The notes: a model not told the origin generated them from the sequence alone. A stretch of DNA of 64,000 nucleotides from Acidimicrobiales bacterium (GCA_035546775.1 DASZWD010000017.1:30564-94563); one strand, 5' to 3'; counted from the first letter of the stretch, positions 1-9,439 are shown. Program-made: numbers and translations.

Positions 1-625
1 AGTACGTGGCGTTGTAGCGGCGCACGTCGGCCATGAATTCCGACGCGCTGAACTTGCGCCGCAGAGCGACCGCCGCGCCGCTGAGCAACGCCGGGAACAG
101 GTTCGCCAGCAGCGCGTTGCCGTGGAACAGCGGCATCGAGCAGTACAGGACGTCGTCGGGCCCGAACGCCACCGCACTCTGCGACGACGTGCGCGCCGCC
201 CTCCCCTGCGTCATCTGCACCGCCTTGGGCGCCCCGGTCGACCCCGACGTGAAGATCAGGCAATACAGCGAATCGGGCGGCGGAATGCGCCCCGGAGGGG
301 CGCATTCCGCGTACCGGTTCGACTCGGTGTCGATGACCACTGAGCAGTCGGTGTGGGCGATGTCGCGCTCCAACTCGACGGAACTGTGCGTCGGGTTGAG
401 GCCGACGACGACCGCGCCGGCGAGCGCAGCGCCGAACAACGTGAAGACGTACTCCGGGACGTTGTCGAGCAGCACTCCGATGTGTTGCCCGTACGACATC
501 GACGCCGCCCGCGCCGCCGATTCCGCCACGACCTCCCGCCACGTCCACGACTGGTCTTCGAACAGCAGACCGGTGTTGGCGTCCTCGGCGCGGGCGAGAA
601 CGCCCTCCGCGATCGTCTCAGGCAC
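1..625 (-). CDS. Acyl-CoA ligase, FadD1/FadD17-like (3' part runs off the window)
   Basis: Not in the ORF track because it is open at the edge. Manual translation from GTG at 625 gives MPETIAEGVLARAEDANTGLLFEDQSWTW...LIFTSGSTGAPKAV...YCSMPLFHGNA (AMP-binding motif). The start overlaps the end of the upstream ACAD gene. Confidence 0.88.
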   Translation of the reverse strand, partial: MPETIAEGVLARAEDANTGLLFEDQSWTWREVVAESAARAASMSYGQHIGVLLDNVPEYVFTLFGAALAGAVVVGLNPTHSSVELERDIAHTDCSVVIDTESNRYAECAPPGRIPPPDSLYCLIFTSGSTGAPKAVQMTQGRAARTSSQSAVAFGPDDVLYCSMPLFHGNALLANLFPALLSGAAVALRRKFSASEFMADVRRYNATY

Positions 626-1829
626 GAGGCAGACCGAGCACGCGCTCGGCGATGATGTTGCGCTGGATCTCCGACGCGCCCGCCGAGATCGTGTTGGCGA
701 ACGAATGGAAGTACTGCTCGAGCCAACTGCCTTGCGGGTCGTCGACCGACTGGGTCCCGTCGGCAACGATCTCCCCCATCCGCACCGCGTCGACGCCCTC
801 GAGCTCAGCGGCGACCAGCGCGATGTTCTGGCGCAGCTCGGTGGCGAACCACTTCATCAACGCCTGCTCGGGTGCGTCCCCGCCGCGCACCAACTTGGCG
901 AAGCCGCGGTACCCAAGGCAACGCGCCGCCACCACGTCGATCTGCGCTCGCACAATGGCGTCGGTCATCGCGGCGCGCTCCACGTCGCTCGCCCGCGCGC
1001 CCAACTTCTCAGGCGCCTGCGCCACCAACTCGGCCATCGCCATCTCGTCGGACAGCACGTTGTTGAGCCACACCATGCCGCGCTCGTGCGCCAGCGAACC
1101 GTTGGCCATGACCCACCCGTTGTTCAGCTCACCCACGAGGTTGCGCGCCGGCACGACCACGTCGTCGAAAAACACCTCGTTGAGATCGGGATGCTCCGGG
1201 TGGATGATCTCGGGCAGCGGCCGCACCGTGATGCCGGGCGTGTTCATGTCGACGAGCACGATCGAAATGCCCTTGTGCTTCGGCGCGTCGGGATCGGTGC
1301 GGCAGAAGAGGAAGCAGAAGTCGGCGTAGTTGGCGCCCGACGTCCACACCTTCTGACCGTTGATCACGAAGTGGTCGCCGTCGAGCACGGCGCGGCACTT
1401 CAGCCCCGCGAGGTCGCTGCCGGCGTCGGGCTCACTCATACCGAGGCACGCCGTCTTCTCGCCGCGCAGGATCGGCATGGCGTATTCCTCGACTTGGTCT
1501 GGCCGGCCGTAGTCGAGGATGGACGGGGCGACGATGCCGAGGCCCTGCACGTTGGTCGTGCGCGGCACGCGCGCCTTGTACAGCTCTTCCATGTAGATGA
1601 TCGTCTCGACGGGTCCGGCGTTGCGCCCACCGCGTTCGGGCGGCCAGCCGGGGACGAGCCAGCCGTTGTCGAACATCTTGCGTGTCCAGTCGCGCGCCCA
1701 CTGCGGCGCGTGCCCCGTGCTGACCGACGGCTCCGCCGCCATGTCGGCGGGCGACGGGCGATTGGCCGCCAGCCACTCACGGAACTCGAGTCGGAACGCT
1801 TCGGCCGAATCGTCGAACCGCAGTCTCAT
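618..1829 (-). CDS. Acyl-CoA dehydrogenase (catalytic-type subunit of a heteromeric pair)
   Basis: MRLRFDDSAEAFR...; motifs CLGMSEPDAGSDLA, INGQKVWTS, TISAGASEIQRNIIAERVLGLPR. ATGA overlap with the upstream gene fixes the start at 1829. Confidence 0.93.
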   Translation of the reverse strand: MRLRFDDSAEAFRLEFREWLAANRPSPADMAAEPSVSTGHAPQWARDWTRKMFDNGWLVPGWPPERGGRNAGPVETIIYMEELYKARVPRTTNVQGLGIVAPSILDYGRPDQVEEYAMPILRGEKTACLGMSEPDAGSDLAGLKCRAVLDGDHFVINGQKVWTSGANYADFCFLFCRTDPDAPKHKGISIVLVDMNTPGITVRPLPEIIHPEHPDLNEVFFDDVVVPARNLVGELNNGWVMANGSLAHERGMVWLNNVLSDEMAMAELVAQAPEKLGARASDVERAAMTDAIVRAQIDVVAARCLGYRGFAKLVRGGDAPEQALMKWFATELRQNIALVAAELEGVDAVRMGEIVADGTQSVDDPQGSWLEQYFHSFANTISAGASEIQRNIIAERVLGLPRA

Positions 1830-2890
1830 GACGCGAGCCCCGTGAGCTGGGCGACACGCGCCCGATGGAAGGCACCGCCGCCGAGCAGGAAGTCGGCCGA
1901 CTTCGCCCGCTTCAGCCAGAAGTGCAGGTCGTTCTCCCACGTGAAGCCGATGCCGCCGTGCAGCTGCAACCCGTCGGTGACGATGAGGCGTTGACACTCG
2001 CTCGCCGCCGCCTTGGCCATCGAGGCCGCCAGCGCGCGCCGATCGTCGTCCTCCGCGATCGTCAACGCAGCGAAGTACGCCAGCGATGACGCCTTCTCCA
2101 ACTCCAGGTACATCGTGGCGAAGCGGTGCTTGAGCGCTTGGAACGAACCGATCGGCCTGCCGAACTGCTCGCGCACCTTCGCGTATTCCAGCGTCGTCTC
2201 GAAGATCACGCGGCACGTGCCGACGACCGATAGCGCCATCGCGGTGACGGCTTCGTCCTGCGCCCGCGCCGCGCCCGCCCCGACGTCACTCAACGCACGC
2301 TCGCCGCTCACTTCGACACCGTCGAAGGCCACGTTGCCCAGCGGCAGTGTCGGATCGATAACGCGTACCGGCGTTACCCGCGCCGACGCCAGCGGCACCA
2401 CGAAGACGTGGTCACCGCTCACGACCGCGATCTCGTCGGCGCTGGCTGCGTCCATGACCATTTGCGCCTCGCCTTCGAGTCGCCAGCCGTTGCCCGCCCG
2501 CGTCGCCTGCACGTTGCCGTCGAAGGCCGCCGTCGCCGTGATCGCGCCTTCGGCGACCCGCGCCAGCCAGTCGCCGTCGCCGCCGCACTCGCGCACGAGC
2601 GGGGCGAACTGCGTGACGGTGGCGACGAACGGCGACGGCGCCACGACACGTGCCAACTCTTCGACGACGAGGCCGGTCTCGACGAAGGTCAATCCAAGCC
2701 CGCCGTCGGCTTCGGGCACGCCGATCGCCGGCCACCCCAGCTCTACCAGCGTGGCCCACAGCTTGTCGGCGGCGCCACCATCTTCGTCTTCGAATACAGC
2801 ACGCACGAGCGACACAGGGCACGCACCGGCGAGCACCGCGCGCGCGTTGTCGCGTAGTTCGATTTGGTCAGGAGTGAATTCGAGATCCAT
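1826..2890 (-). CDS. Acyl-CoA dehydrogenase (short partner subunit)
   Basis: MDLEFTPDQ..., YAKVREQFGRPIGSFQALKH, LQLHGGIGFTWE. 354 aa, adjacent to a second ACAD as in actinobacterial alpha2beta2 pairs. Confidence 0.93.
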   Translation of the reverse strand: MDLEFTPDQIELRDNARAVLAGACPVSLVRAVFEDEDGGAADKLWATLVELGWPAIGVPEADGGLGLTFVETGLVVEELARVVAPSPFVATVTQFAPLVRECGGDGDWLARVAEGAITATAAFDGNVQATRAGNGWRLEGEAQMVMDAASADEIAVVSGDHVFVVPLASARVTPVRVIDPTLPLGNVAFDGVEVSGERALSDVGAGAARAQDEAVTAMALSVVGTCRVIFETTLEYAKVREQFGRPIGSFQALKHRFATMYLELEKASSLAYFAALTIAEDDDRRALAASMAKAAASECQRLIVTDGLQLHGGIGFTWENDLHFWLKRAKSADFLLGGGAFHRARVAQLTGLAS

Positions 2891-4147
2891 CTAGTTCTGT
2901 AGCCCCAAGAATCCTTTGCGCATCATGGTCACCATGGCGTCGACCGCCTCGTCGCGTTCGGAGAACCGCAGCGTGAACACGCCGTAGGGCATGCGCTCGG
3001 TCAGCGCCAGGAACGCCAGCGCGTCGATCGACGGATCACCGAAGCCGCGGCTCTGGAGGATCCGACCGAGGCGGCCGATCACCGCCACGGCCACGTCGAG
3101 TGAGAACGCGGCCAGCGCCGTCTCACCGACGAGCATCTCCTGCCACACGCTGATCACGCCGCCGTTGCCCTCGTAAGCGCTGAACCATTCTTCGGTCCAG
3201 GCGCGCAGTGCGGCGCGATCGTCGGGCGACGGGAAGCGGTCGAGCATGTCGATCATGCGCGACGACGCATCCTCGGCCAGCACGCGGAAGAAATCGTCCT
3301 TGTTCTGGAAGTACCGGTAGAACGAGCCGTGCGACACGCCCGCCACCTCGGCGATGTCGTCCACCCGCGCCGCCTGGTAACCGTGCGACGGCAACACCTT
3401 GGCGCCGGCGTCGAGCAACCTGCGCCGCGTCTTTTCACCGCGCGGACGAACCTCGCGCTGGCGCTGCACCCGTGGCGCGGCGGGGACGTCGACCTTGACG
3501 GGCTTGGCCCGCCGGTCGACGTTCACGCCTTCGATCGGCCCAGCGAAGAGCCGGTGCACGAACAACGCGACGGCGTGCACGAACGAGCGGCGCGACGCGA
3601 CGGTCTGCATGTTCTCCCAGTAGAACGAGCAGCGGATGACGACGGCGACGACGCCTTCGCCGAGCACCAGGTTTTCGCGCTTCGACGCGTCGAGCCCGAA
3701 GGCGCGCAGCAGCGCGGTGGCCGTCTGCTCGCTGATCGACACCGACGAGCGGCTGGTTTGTGGTTGCTCGCGCGACGCCGCCTGGAACGAGGCGAACACC
3801 GCCGAGTAGCGCTCGTGCATCGTGGCGAAGTCGTCGATCCACTTCTCCAGCGCCCCGAGCCCACGGGCGTCGCGGGTCACCTTCGGCAGCCGCTGGGCCA
3901 GCCCCACCATTTCCTGGCCCAGACGCGCCGCCAGCTTCCAGAACACGTCGTCCTTCGACGAGAAGTACTGGTAGAACGCCGGGCGTGAGCAGCCGGCCCG
4001 CTCGGTGATCAGTTCGACGCGCGCCGCGTCGAAGCCGACGTCGGCGAACACTTCCAGCCCGGCGGCCAGGATCTTGTTCTGGGTTTCCGCGCCGCGCTCG
4101 CCCACGGTGGGGTTGGCCCCGAAGGGCCGTCGGCGGGCGATTTCCAC
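2891..4147 (-). CDS. Tandem (double-domain) TetR-family regulator
   Basis: 418 aa with two TetR HTHs: GFDAARVELITERAGCSRPAFYQYFSSKDD and GYQAARVDDIAEVAGVSHGSFYRYFQNKDD. Confidence 0.92.
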   Translation of the reverse strand: MEIARRRPFGANPTVGERGAETQNKILAAGLEVFADVGFDAARVELITERAGCSRPAFYQYFSSKDDVFWKLAARLGQEMVGLAQRLPKVTRDARGLGALEKWIDDFATMHERYSAVFASFQAASREQPQTSRSSVSISEQTATALLRAFGLDASKRENLVLGEGVVAVVIRCSFYWENMQTVASRRSFVHAVALFVHRLFAGPIEGVNVDRRAKPVKVDVPAAPRVQRQREVRPRGEKTRRRLLDAGAKVLPSHGYQAARVDDIAEVAGVSHGSFYRYFQNKDDFFRVLAEDASSRMIDMLDRFPSPDDRAALRAWTEEWFSAYEGNGGVISVWQEMLVGETALAAFSLDVAVAVIGRLGRILQSRGFGDPSIDALAFLALTERMPYGVFTLRFSERDEAVDAMVTMMRKGFLGLQN

Positions 4148-4157
4148 GGGTGATTAA

Positions 4158-4173
4158 TCTAACAGCGCCGTCA
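4158..4173. promoter_or_regulatory. Putative operator TCTAAC-N6-GTCA (copy 1) in the divergent tetR/amidohydrolase promoter
   Basis: TCTAACagcgccGTCA. Overlaps a minus-strand TAGATT -10-like box 8 nt before the tetR GTG. The same motif recurs at four other promoters. Confidence 0.75.
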
Positions 4174-4200
4174 CTTTTCGAGCCTTGAGGGAGATCTGGA

Positions 4201-5499
4201 ATGCAGCTCGACGACATGATCCTGGTGAGCGTCGACGACCACGTGGTCGAGCCACCCGACCTCTTCGAGGGCCGTCTCTCAAAGAAGGCCGCCGAAAAGG
4301 CGCCGCGCGTCGAGAAGCTGGACGACGGCCTGGAAACGTGGGTCTTCGAAGGCGCGCCGATGCCCAACGTCGGACTCAACGCGGTCGCCGGCCGCGACCC
4401 GCTGGAGTACGGGCTTGACCCCACGTCGTTCGACCAGATGCGCAAGGGGTGCTTCGACATCCACGAACGCATCCGCGACATGAACGTGAACGGCGTGCTC
4501 GGCTCGCTCAACTTCCCGTCGCTCGTCGGCTTCGCCGGGACGCTCTTCTACACAATGGAAGACAAGGACATCGCGCTCGAGTTGCTGCGCGCCTACAACG
4601 ACTGGCACATCGAAGAGTGGTGCGGCACGTACTCCGGCCGCATGATTCCCCTCGCCATTCCGCCGATCTGGGACCCGAAGCTGATGGCCGACGAAGTGCT
4701 GCGCGTGGCGGAGAAGGGCTGCCACGCGTTCACCTTCAGCGAGAACCCGTCGAAGATCAACAACCTGCCGAGCTACCACTCCGACCACTGGGACCCGTTC
4801 CTCGCCGCGATGCAGGAAACCGAATCGGTGCTGTGCCTGCACATCGGTTCGTCGAGTCAGATGTCGATCACGTCGATGGACGCGCCCATGGACACGATGA
4901 TCACCCTGCAGCCGATGAACATCGTGCAGTGCGCGGCGGACCTCGTGTGGTCGCCGATGTTCCGCAAGTTTCCCAGCCTCAAGGTGGCCCTCAGCGAGGG
5001 CGGCATCGGCTGGATTCCGTACTTCCTCGAGCGCCTCGACTACGTCTACAACCACCATCACCAGTGGACCAACCAGGACTTCGGTGGCAAGTTGCCGAGC
5101 CAGGTGTTCAACGAGAACATCCTCACCTGCTTCATCGACGACGCCGTCGGCATCGAAATCCGTCACCACCTGAACATGGACTCGATCATGTGGGAGTGCG
5201 ACTACCCGCACTCCGACTCGACGTGGCCCAACGCGCCCGAGATGGCGATGAAGTACCTCGACGGCCTGCCCGACGACGAGATCAACAAGATCACGCACCT
5301 CAACGCCATGAACCACTTCAAGTTCGACGCGTTCAAGCACATCCCGCGTGAGCAGTGCACAGTCGGCGCGCTGCGAGCCCAAGCCACCGACGTCGACACC
5401 ACGCCCAAGTCCTACGGCACCGGCGCCTTCAAGGAGGACGGCGGCATCGTCACCGCCATGACGCTCGCCGAGCGCATCGCGGCGCGCGCCGGTAGGTGA
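4201..5499 (+). CDS. Amidohydrolase family 2 protein
   Basis: SVDDHVVEP, LCLHIG, MWECDYPHSD metal-binding motifs; SD GAGGGAG upstream. Confidence 0.9.
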   Translation: MQLDDMILVSVDDHVVEPPDLFEGRLSKKAAEKAPRVEKLDDGLETWVFEGAPMPNVGLNAVAGRDPLEYGLDPTSFDQMRKGCFDIHERIRDMNVNGVLGSLNFPSLVGFAGTLFYTMEDKDIALELLRAYNDWHIEEWCGTYSGRMIPLAIPPIWDPKLMADEVLRVAEKGCHAFTFSENPSKINNLPSYHSDHWDPFLAAMQETESVLCLHIGSSSQMSITSMDAPMDTMITLQPMNIVQCAADLVWSPMFRKFPSLKVALSEGGIGWIPYFLERLDYVYNHHHQWTNQDFGGKLPSQVFNENILTCFIDDAVGIEIRHHLNMDSIMWECDYPHSDSTWPNAPEMAMKYLDGLPDDEINKITHLNAMNHFKFDAFKHIPREQCTVGALRAQATDVDTTPKSYGTGAFKEDGGIVTAMTLAERIAARAGR

Positions 5500-5906
5500 G
5501 CGACCACCCGTTTCGGGTTCTCCCCCGACTCGACGACCACAACCGGTTCTTCTGGACGTCGGGCGCCGACGGCAAGCTGCGCTTCCTGCGCTGTAACGAC
5601 TGCGGCTACTACATCCACCCGCCGCTGCCGCAGTGCCCGCGCTGCGCGTCGAAGGACATCACGCCGTCGGTCGTCACCGGGCGCGGCGTGGTGCACAGCT
5701 TCACCATCAACCATCAGCCGTGGGACGGGTCGACCGAGCCGTGGTCGATCGTGCTCGTCGAACTCGACGAGCAGGAAGGTCTGCGCCTGACCTCCAACAT
5801 GGTCAATTGCGCCAACGAGAACGTGCGCATCGGCATGCCCGTCCACGTCGTCTTCCAGCAGTACGACGACGTCTTCATTCCCGTGTTCGAGCCCGCCAAT
5901 GAGTAG
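5496..5906 (+). CDS. DUF35-type Zn-ribbon/OB-fold protein (partner of a thiolase-like enzyme)
   Basis: CNDC...CPRC zinc ribbon, GVVHSFT, VELDEQ..RLTSN, VRIGMPV; GTGA overlap. Confidence 0.9.
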   Translation: MSDHPFRVLPRLDDHNRFFWTSGADGKLRFLRCNDCGYYIHPPLPQCPRCASKDITPSVVTGRGVVHSFTINHQPWDGSTEPWSIVLVELDEQEGLRLTSNMVNCANENVRIGMPVHVVFQQYDDVFIPVFEPANE

Positions 5907-5909
5907 CCG

Positions 5910-7112
5910 ATGAGTGACTTCGAGAATCGTTCGATCATCAGCGGCGTCGGTCAGTCCGAGATCGGACGCAAGCTCGGTCGCGACGAGCTCGACATGACGC
6001 TCGACGCCGCGCGCGCCGCCATCGCCGATGCCGGGCTTACCGTCGACGACATCGACGGCATCGCCGCCTACCCCGGCGAGATGGCCGGCTCGCCCGGCGG
6101 CTTTGCCGGGCCCGGCACGCCCGCGGTCCAGGACGCGCTGCGCCTCAAGGTCAACTGGCACTCCGGTGGACGCGAAGGGCCGGCACAGATCCAGGCCGTC
6201 ATCAACGCCGTGATGGCCGTCGGCGCCGGCCTGGCCCGCCACGTGCTCGTGTACCGCACGGTCAACGAGTCGACCGCGCAAGGCGAGGGCGGCCGCTCCG
6301 GAATCGGCCTCGACTCGGGCGGTGGCGGCGGTGGCGCGCCGCGCATGAGCGGCGACTTCCAGTGGCTCATCCCGATGCGCGCCTACTCCGCCGCGTGCTG
6401 GCTGGCGATGTGCGCCAACCGCCACATGCACGAGTTCGGCACGACGCCCGAGCAGCTGGCCCAGATCACACTCAACGCTCGCCGCCACGCGGGGCGCAAC
6501 CCCAAGGCCATCTTCCGCGACCCGCTCACGCTCGACGACTACTTCGCCTCGCGCATGATCACCACGCCGTTCCATCTCTACGACTGCGACGTACCGTGCG
6601 ACGGGTCAACGGCGGTGATCGTCAGCGCCGTCGACCACGCTCCCAACGTCGACCACCCCGTCGCCCGCGTCGAAGCCATGGGCACAGCGCTGCGCGGCCG
6701 CCCGTCCTGGGATCAGTGGGAGGACATGACCACGATGTGTGCCCGCGACGCCGGCGCGCAGATGTGGACGCGCACCGATCTGCGCCCGTCCGATGTCGAC
6801 GTCGCCGAGCTGTACGACGGCTTCTCGTTCCTGACGATGACGTGGCTCGAAGCGCTCGGCTTCTGCGGCAAGGGCGAGTCCGGTCCGTTCGTCGAGGGCG
6901 GCACCCGACTCGACCTCGACGGCGAGCTCCCGCTCAACACCCACGGCGGCCAGCTCAGCGCCGGTCGCCTCCACGGCTTCGGGTTCATCCACGAAGCCGT
7001 GATGCAGTTGAGCGGCCGCGCCGGCGACCGTCAGGTCAAGAACGCCGAAGTCGCGGCGGTCGCCAACGGGGGCGGCCCCATCGGCGGCTGCATGCTGCTC
7101 ACGAAGCTCTAA
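5910..7112 (+). CDS. Thiolase-like (SCP-x/Ltp family) protein, probable aldolase
   Basis: DCDVPCDGS, DVAELYDGF, LNTHGGQLSAGRLHG; follows a DUF35 gene. Confidence 0.88.
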   Translation: MSDFENRSIISGVGQSEIGRKLGRDELDMTLDAARAAIADAGLTVDDIDGIAAYPGEMAGSPGGFAGPGTPAVQDALRLKVNWHSGGREGPAQIQAVINAVMAVGAGLARHVLVYRTVNESTAQGEGGRSGIGLDSGGGGGGAPRMSGDFQWLIPMRAYSAACWLAMCANRHMHEFGTTPEQLAQITLNARRHAGRNPKAIFRDPLTLDDYFASRMITTPFHLYDCDVPCDGSTAVIVSAVDHAPNVDHPVARVEAMGTALRGRPSWDQWEDMTTMCARDAGAQMWTRTDLRPSDVDVAELYDGFSFLTMTWLEALGFCGKGESGPFVEGGTRLDLDGELPLNTHGGQLSAGRLHGFGFIHEAVMQLSGRAGDRQVKNAEVAAVANGGGPIGGCMLLTKL

Positions 7113-7115
7113 GCG

Positions 7116-7162
7116 TTCTGTGAAGGCTCTTCCGTGCAGGGCACGGAAAAGTCTTCACAGAA
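7116..7162. repeat. 47-nt REP-like palindrome (copy A) between convergent genes
   Basis: TTCTGTGAAGGCTCTTCCGTGC-AGG-GCACGGAAAAGTCTTCACAGAA, a 22-bp imperfect stem; 41/47 identical to 39496-39542. Confidence 0.85.
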
Positions 7163-7166
7163 GCGA

Positions 7167-8642
7167 CTAGCCGCGGCGGTGGCGGGCCTTGGGCGCCGCC
7201 TGCTTGCGGCCGCGGCTGGTGTCGCCCGGCTTGTGCCCGCGGGGCGGGCGCGCCTTGGGCGTGAAACCGGCCTTCGGCGCGCTGGCGCGCTTGGGCTTCT
7301 CGCCCACCGTCGTCTTGGCGACGCTGCGCGCCTTGTCGGGCTTGCGCAGCCGCTTCGGCTTCTCCGACGCCGGCGCGGCGGCCTCGTCGCGGCTCCACTT
7401 GGCCCGCGTGGGCGGTGCCCAGTCCCCCGGCTGCTTGCGTTCGCCGCGGGGCTTCCACTCCTTCTTCGGACGGGTCGGCGTCGCGGTCGGTGCCGGGTCG
7501 GGTTCAGGCGTGAACGTGGTGACGATGCCGTCGTACTCGCCCTCGACGGGACGATCGACGACCGGATCGAGCCCGATGCGCTTCTGCATCGCCAGCGACA
7601 ACTTCACCTGGTCGGGCATCAGCAACGAGATGACGGTGCCACTCGTGCCGGCGCGGCCGGTGCGACCGCTGCGGTGGACGTAGTCCTTGTCGTCACCCGG
7701 CGGGTCGAAGTGCACGACGCAGCCGACATTGTCGACGTGGATGCCGCGCGCCGCGATATCGGTGGCGACGAGACACTGCACCTTGCCGTTGGTGAACGCC
7801 GCGAGGGCGCGCTCGCGCTGACGTTGCGTGCGGTCGCCGTGGATGGCCGCCGCCGTCACCCCGAGGCCCTCGAGTTGGGTGGCGAGGCGATCGGCGCCGT
7901 GCTTGGTGCGGCAGAACACGATCGCCGAATACGCCTTGGACACGATGGCGGCCGCCAGCTTCACCCGCTCGTTGCGGTTCGTCTTCCAGAAGTGGTGCTC
8001 GTTCTCCACGTGGTCGTCGGCGCGGTCGACCTCGTGGCGCACCGGGTCGTTCTGGTAGCGCTCGATGAGCGTGCTGATGTCGCCGTCGAGCGTGGCCGAG
8101 AACAGCAGCGTCTGGCGGTCGGCGCGCACCATGTCGAGCAGGCGGCGCACCTCGGGCAGGAAGCCCATGTCGGCCATGCGGTCGGCCTCGTCGATGACGA
8201 CGAAGGACACCTCGTCGAGACGGCACTCGTTGCGCTGCACGAGGTCCTTCAGCCGGCCGGGGCAGGCAACGAGGATGTCGGCGCCGCGACGCAAGGCGCG
8301 CAACTGCTCGCCGTAGGAGACGCCGCCGAACACTGTGGCGATGCGCACCTTGGGCCCGCCGAGTGAGACCAACTCGGTCGCAACCTGGTTGGCGAGCTCA
8401 CGCGTCGGCACGAGGACGAGGCCACGGGGCGCCCGCGGCGCCGCCTTGCCGACACCGCTGACGAGCGGGATGCCGAAGGCGATCGTCTTGCCGGAACCGG
8501 TGGGCGCACGGCCGCACACGTCGCGGCCGGCGAGGGCGTCGGCGATGGTCGCCGCTTGAATCGGGAACGGCTCGACCACGTTGCGCGCGGTGAGACGGGT
8601 CACGATGTCCTTACGGACACCGAGGTCGGTGAAGCTGGGCAT
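7167..8642 (-). CDS. DEAD-box RNA helicase
   Basis: PFPIQ, APTGSGKT, LVPTRELA, DEAD, FSAT, TDIAARGI, HRSGRTGR; basic C-terminal tail. Confidence 0.96.
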   Translation of the reverse strand: MPSFTDLGVRKDIVTRLTARNVVEPFPIQAATIADALAGRDVCGRAPTGSGKTIAFGIPLVSGVGKAAPRAPRGLVLVPTRELANQVATELVSLGGPKVRIATVFGGVSYGEQLRALRRGADILVACPGRLKDLVQRNECRLDEVSFVVIDEADRMADMGFLPEVRRLLDMVRADRQTLLFSATLDGDISTLIERYQNDPVRHEVDRADDHVENEHHFWKTNRNERVKLAAAIVSKAYSAIVFCRTKHGADRLATQLEGLGVTAAAIHGDRTQRQRERALAAFTNGKVQCLVATDIAARGIHVDNVGCVVHFDPPGDDKDYVHRSGRTGRAGTSGTVISLLMPDQVKLSLAMQKRIGLDPVVDRPVEGEYDGIVTTFTPEPDPAPTATPTRPKKEWKPRGERKQPGDWAPPTRAKWSRDEAAAPASEKPKRLRKPDKARSVAKTTVGEKPKRASAPKAGFTPKARPPRGHKPGDTSRGRKQAAPKARHRRG

Positions 8643-8751
8643 GAACTATTCGCTTTCGGGTGAGAGACAACTCAAGGACCCGGCGAACCGTTCAACGAGC
8701 AGTCAGTGTCACGGCAGAAGTGCACGTGAGGACGACCAGTGTACGACAGAT

Positions 8752-9396
8752 TCACAACAACGCCGCGATCAGCTGCGCGCCGACGAACTTTCCGTACCTC
8801 TCGTTCGACCAACCGCGGCCGTTCACGAGGAGATCCCAGACCTCCACGGAGTTGTGCACCCACAACACGTCGCGCGCCTCTTCGACGGAAACACCTTTTC
8901 GCAACGCCTTGATCTCCTTGAGGCTCGTCGCCAGCATCGTCATGCCGCGCAATCGCTCCTCCTGCAACTGCGCCCACACGTCCCGGGCGCCGGCGTCGGT
9001 CGCCGCCGCGGCTCTGACCGCGAGCAGGATCGCCCCGACGCGCTGCATCGTTCCGGTCATGTGCTCGCCGTACAGGCGCAGTTTCTCCCGCGGATCCGTG
9101 GTGCTGCGGACGCGGAGTAACGACTCGCGCTCCTGGATGGGCAAGTCTTCGTCGTCTCCGGCGATCGCGACGTCAAAGCACGCTTTTACCAGCGCGGGCT
9201 TCTTCCCGATCGTCTTGTAGATCGTCTCGACCGACACCCCCGCCGCCTCGGCGACGGCATTCATCGTCGTCGCCGCGTACCCCTGGTCCAGAAACATCCG
9301 CGTGGCCACCGCCAGCACCGCGCGCCGCGTGGCGCGCGCCTGCTCCTGGCGCCGGCTGGCGTCGTACTTCCGTGCGGGGTTGACAGTCGGCGACAT
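8752..9396 (-). CDS. TetR-family transcriptional regulator
   Basis: GYAATTMNAVAEAAGVSVETIYKTIGKK HTH. Confidence 0.92.
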   Translation of the reverse strand: MSPTVNPARKYDASRRQEQARATRRAVLAVATRMFLDQGYAATTMNAVAEAAGVSVETIYKTIGKKPALVKACFDVAIAGDDEDLPIQERESLLRVRSTTDPREKLRLYGEHMTGTMQRVGAILLAVRAAAATDAGARDVWAQLQEERLRGMTMLATSLKEIKALRKGVSVEEARDVLWVHNSVEVWDLLVNGRGWSNERYGKFVGAQLIAALL

Positions 9397-9439
9397 TCAG
9401 TACATAGTCCTATATCGGATACAGACGATTGTATTGGAT
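9395..9439. promoter_or_regulatory. Two similar operator-like sites in the divergent tetR promoter
   Basis: ATACA-gacgat-TGTAT inverted repeat at 9419-9434; a similar copy ATATAGGACTATGTACTGAAT on the minus strand at 9395-9415. Confidence 0.6.

Noticed and set aside
33-1994. Long ORFs such as 33-1994(+), 18144-20435(-), 46055-48361(-) and 59571-62552(+)
   Set aside because: They are antisense or alternate-frame shadows, or upstream extensions, of genes with clear family motifs. High GC suppresses stop codons, and the extra sequence is Arg/Ala/Gly-rich with no motifs.
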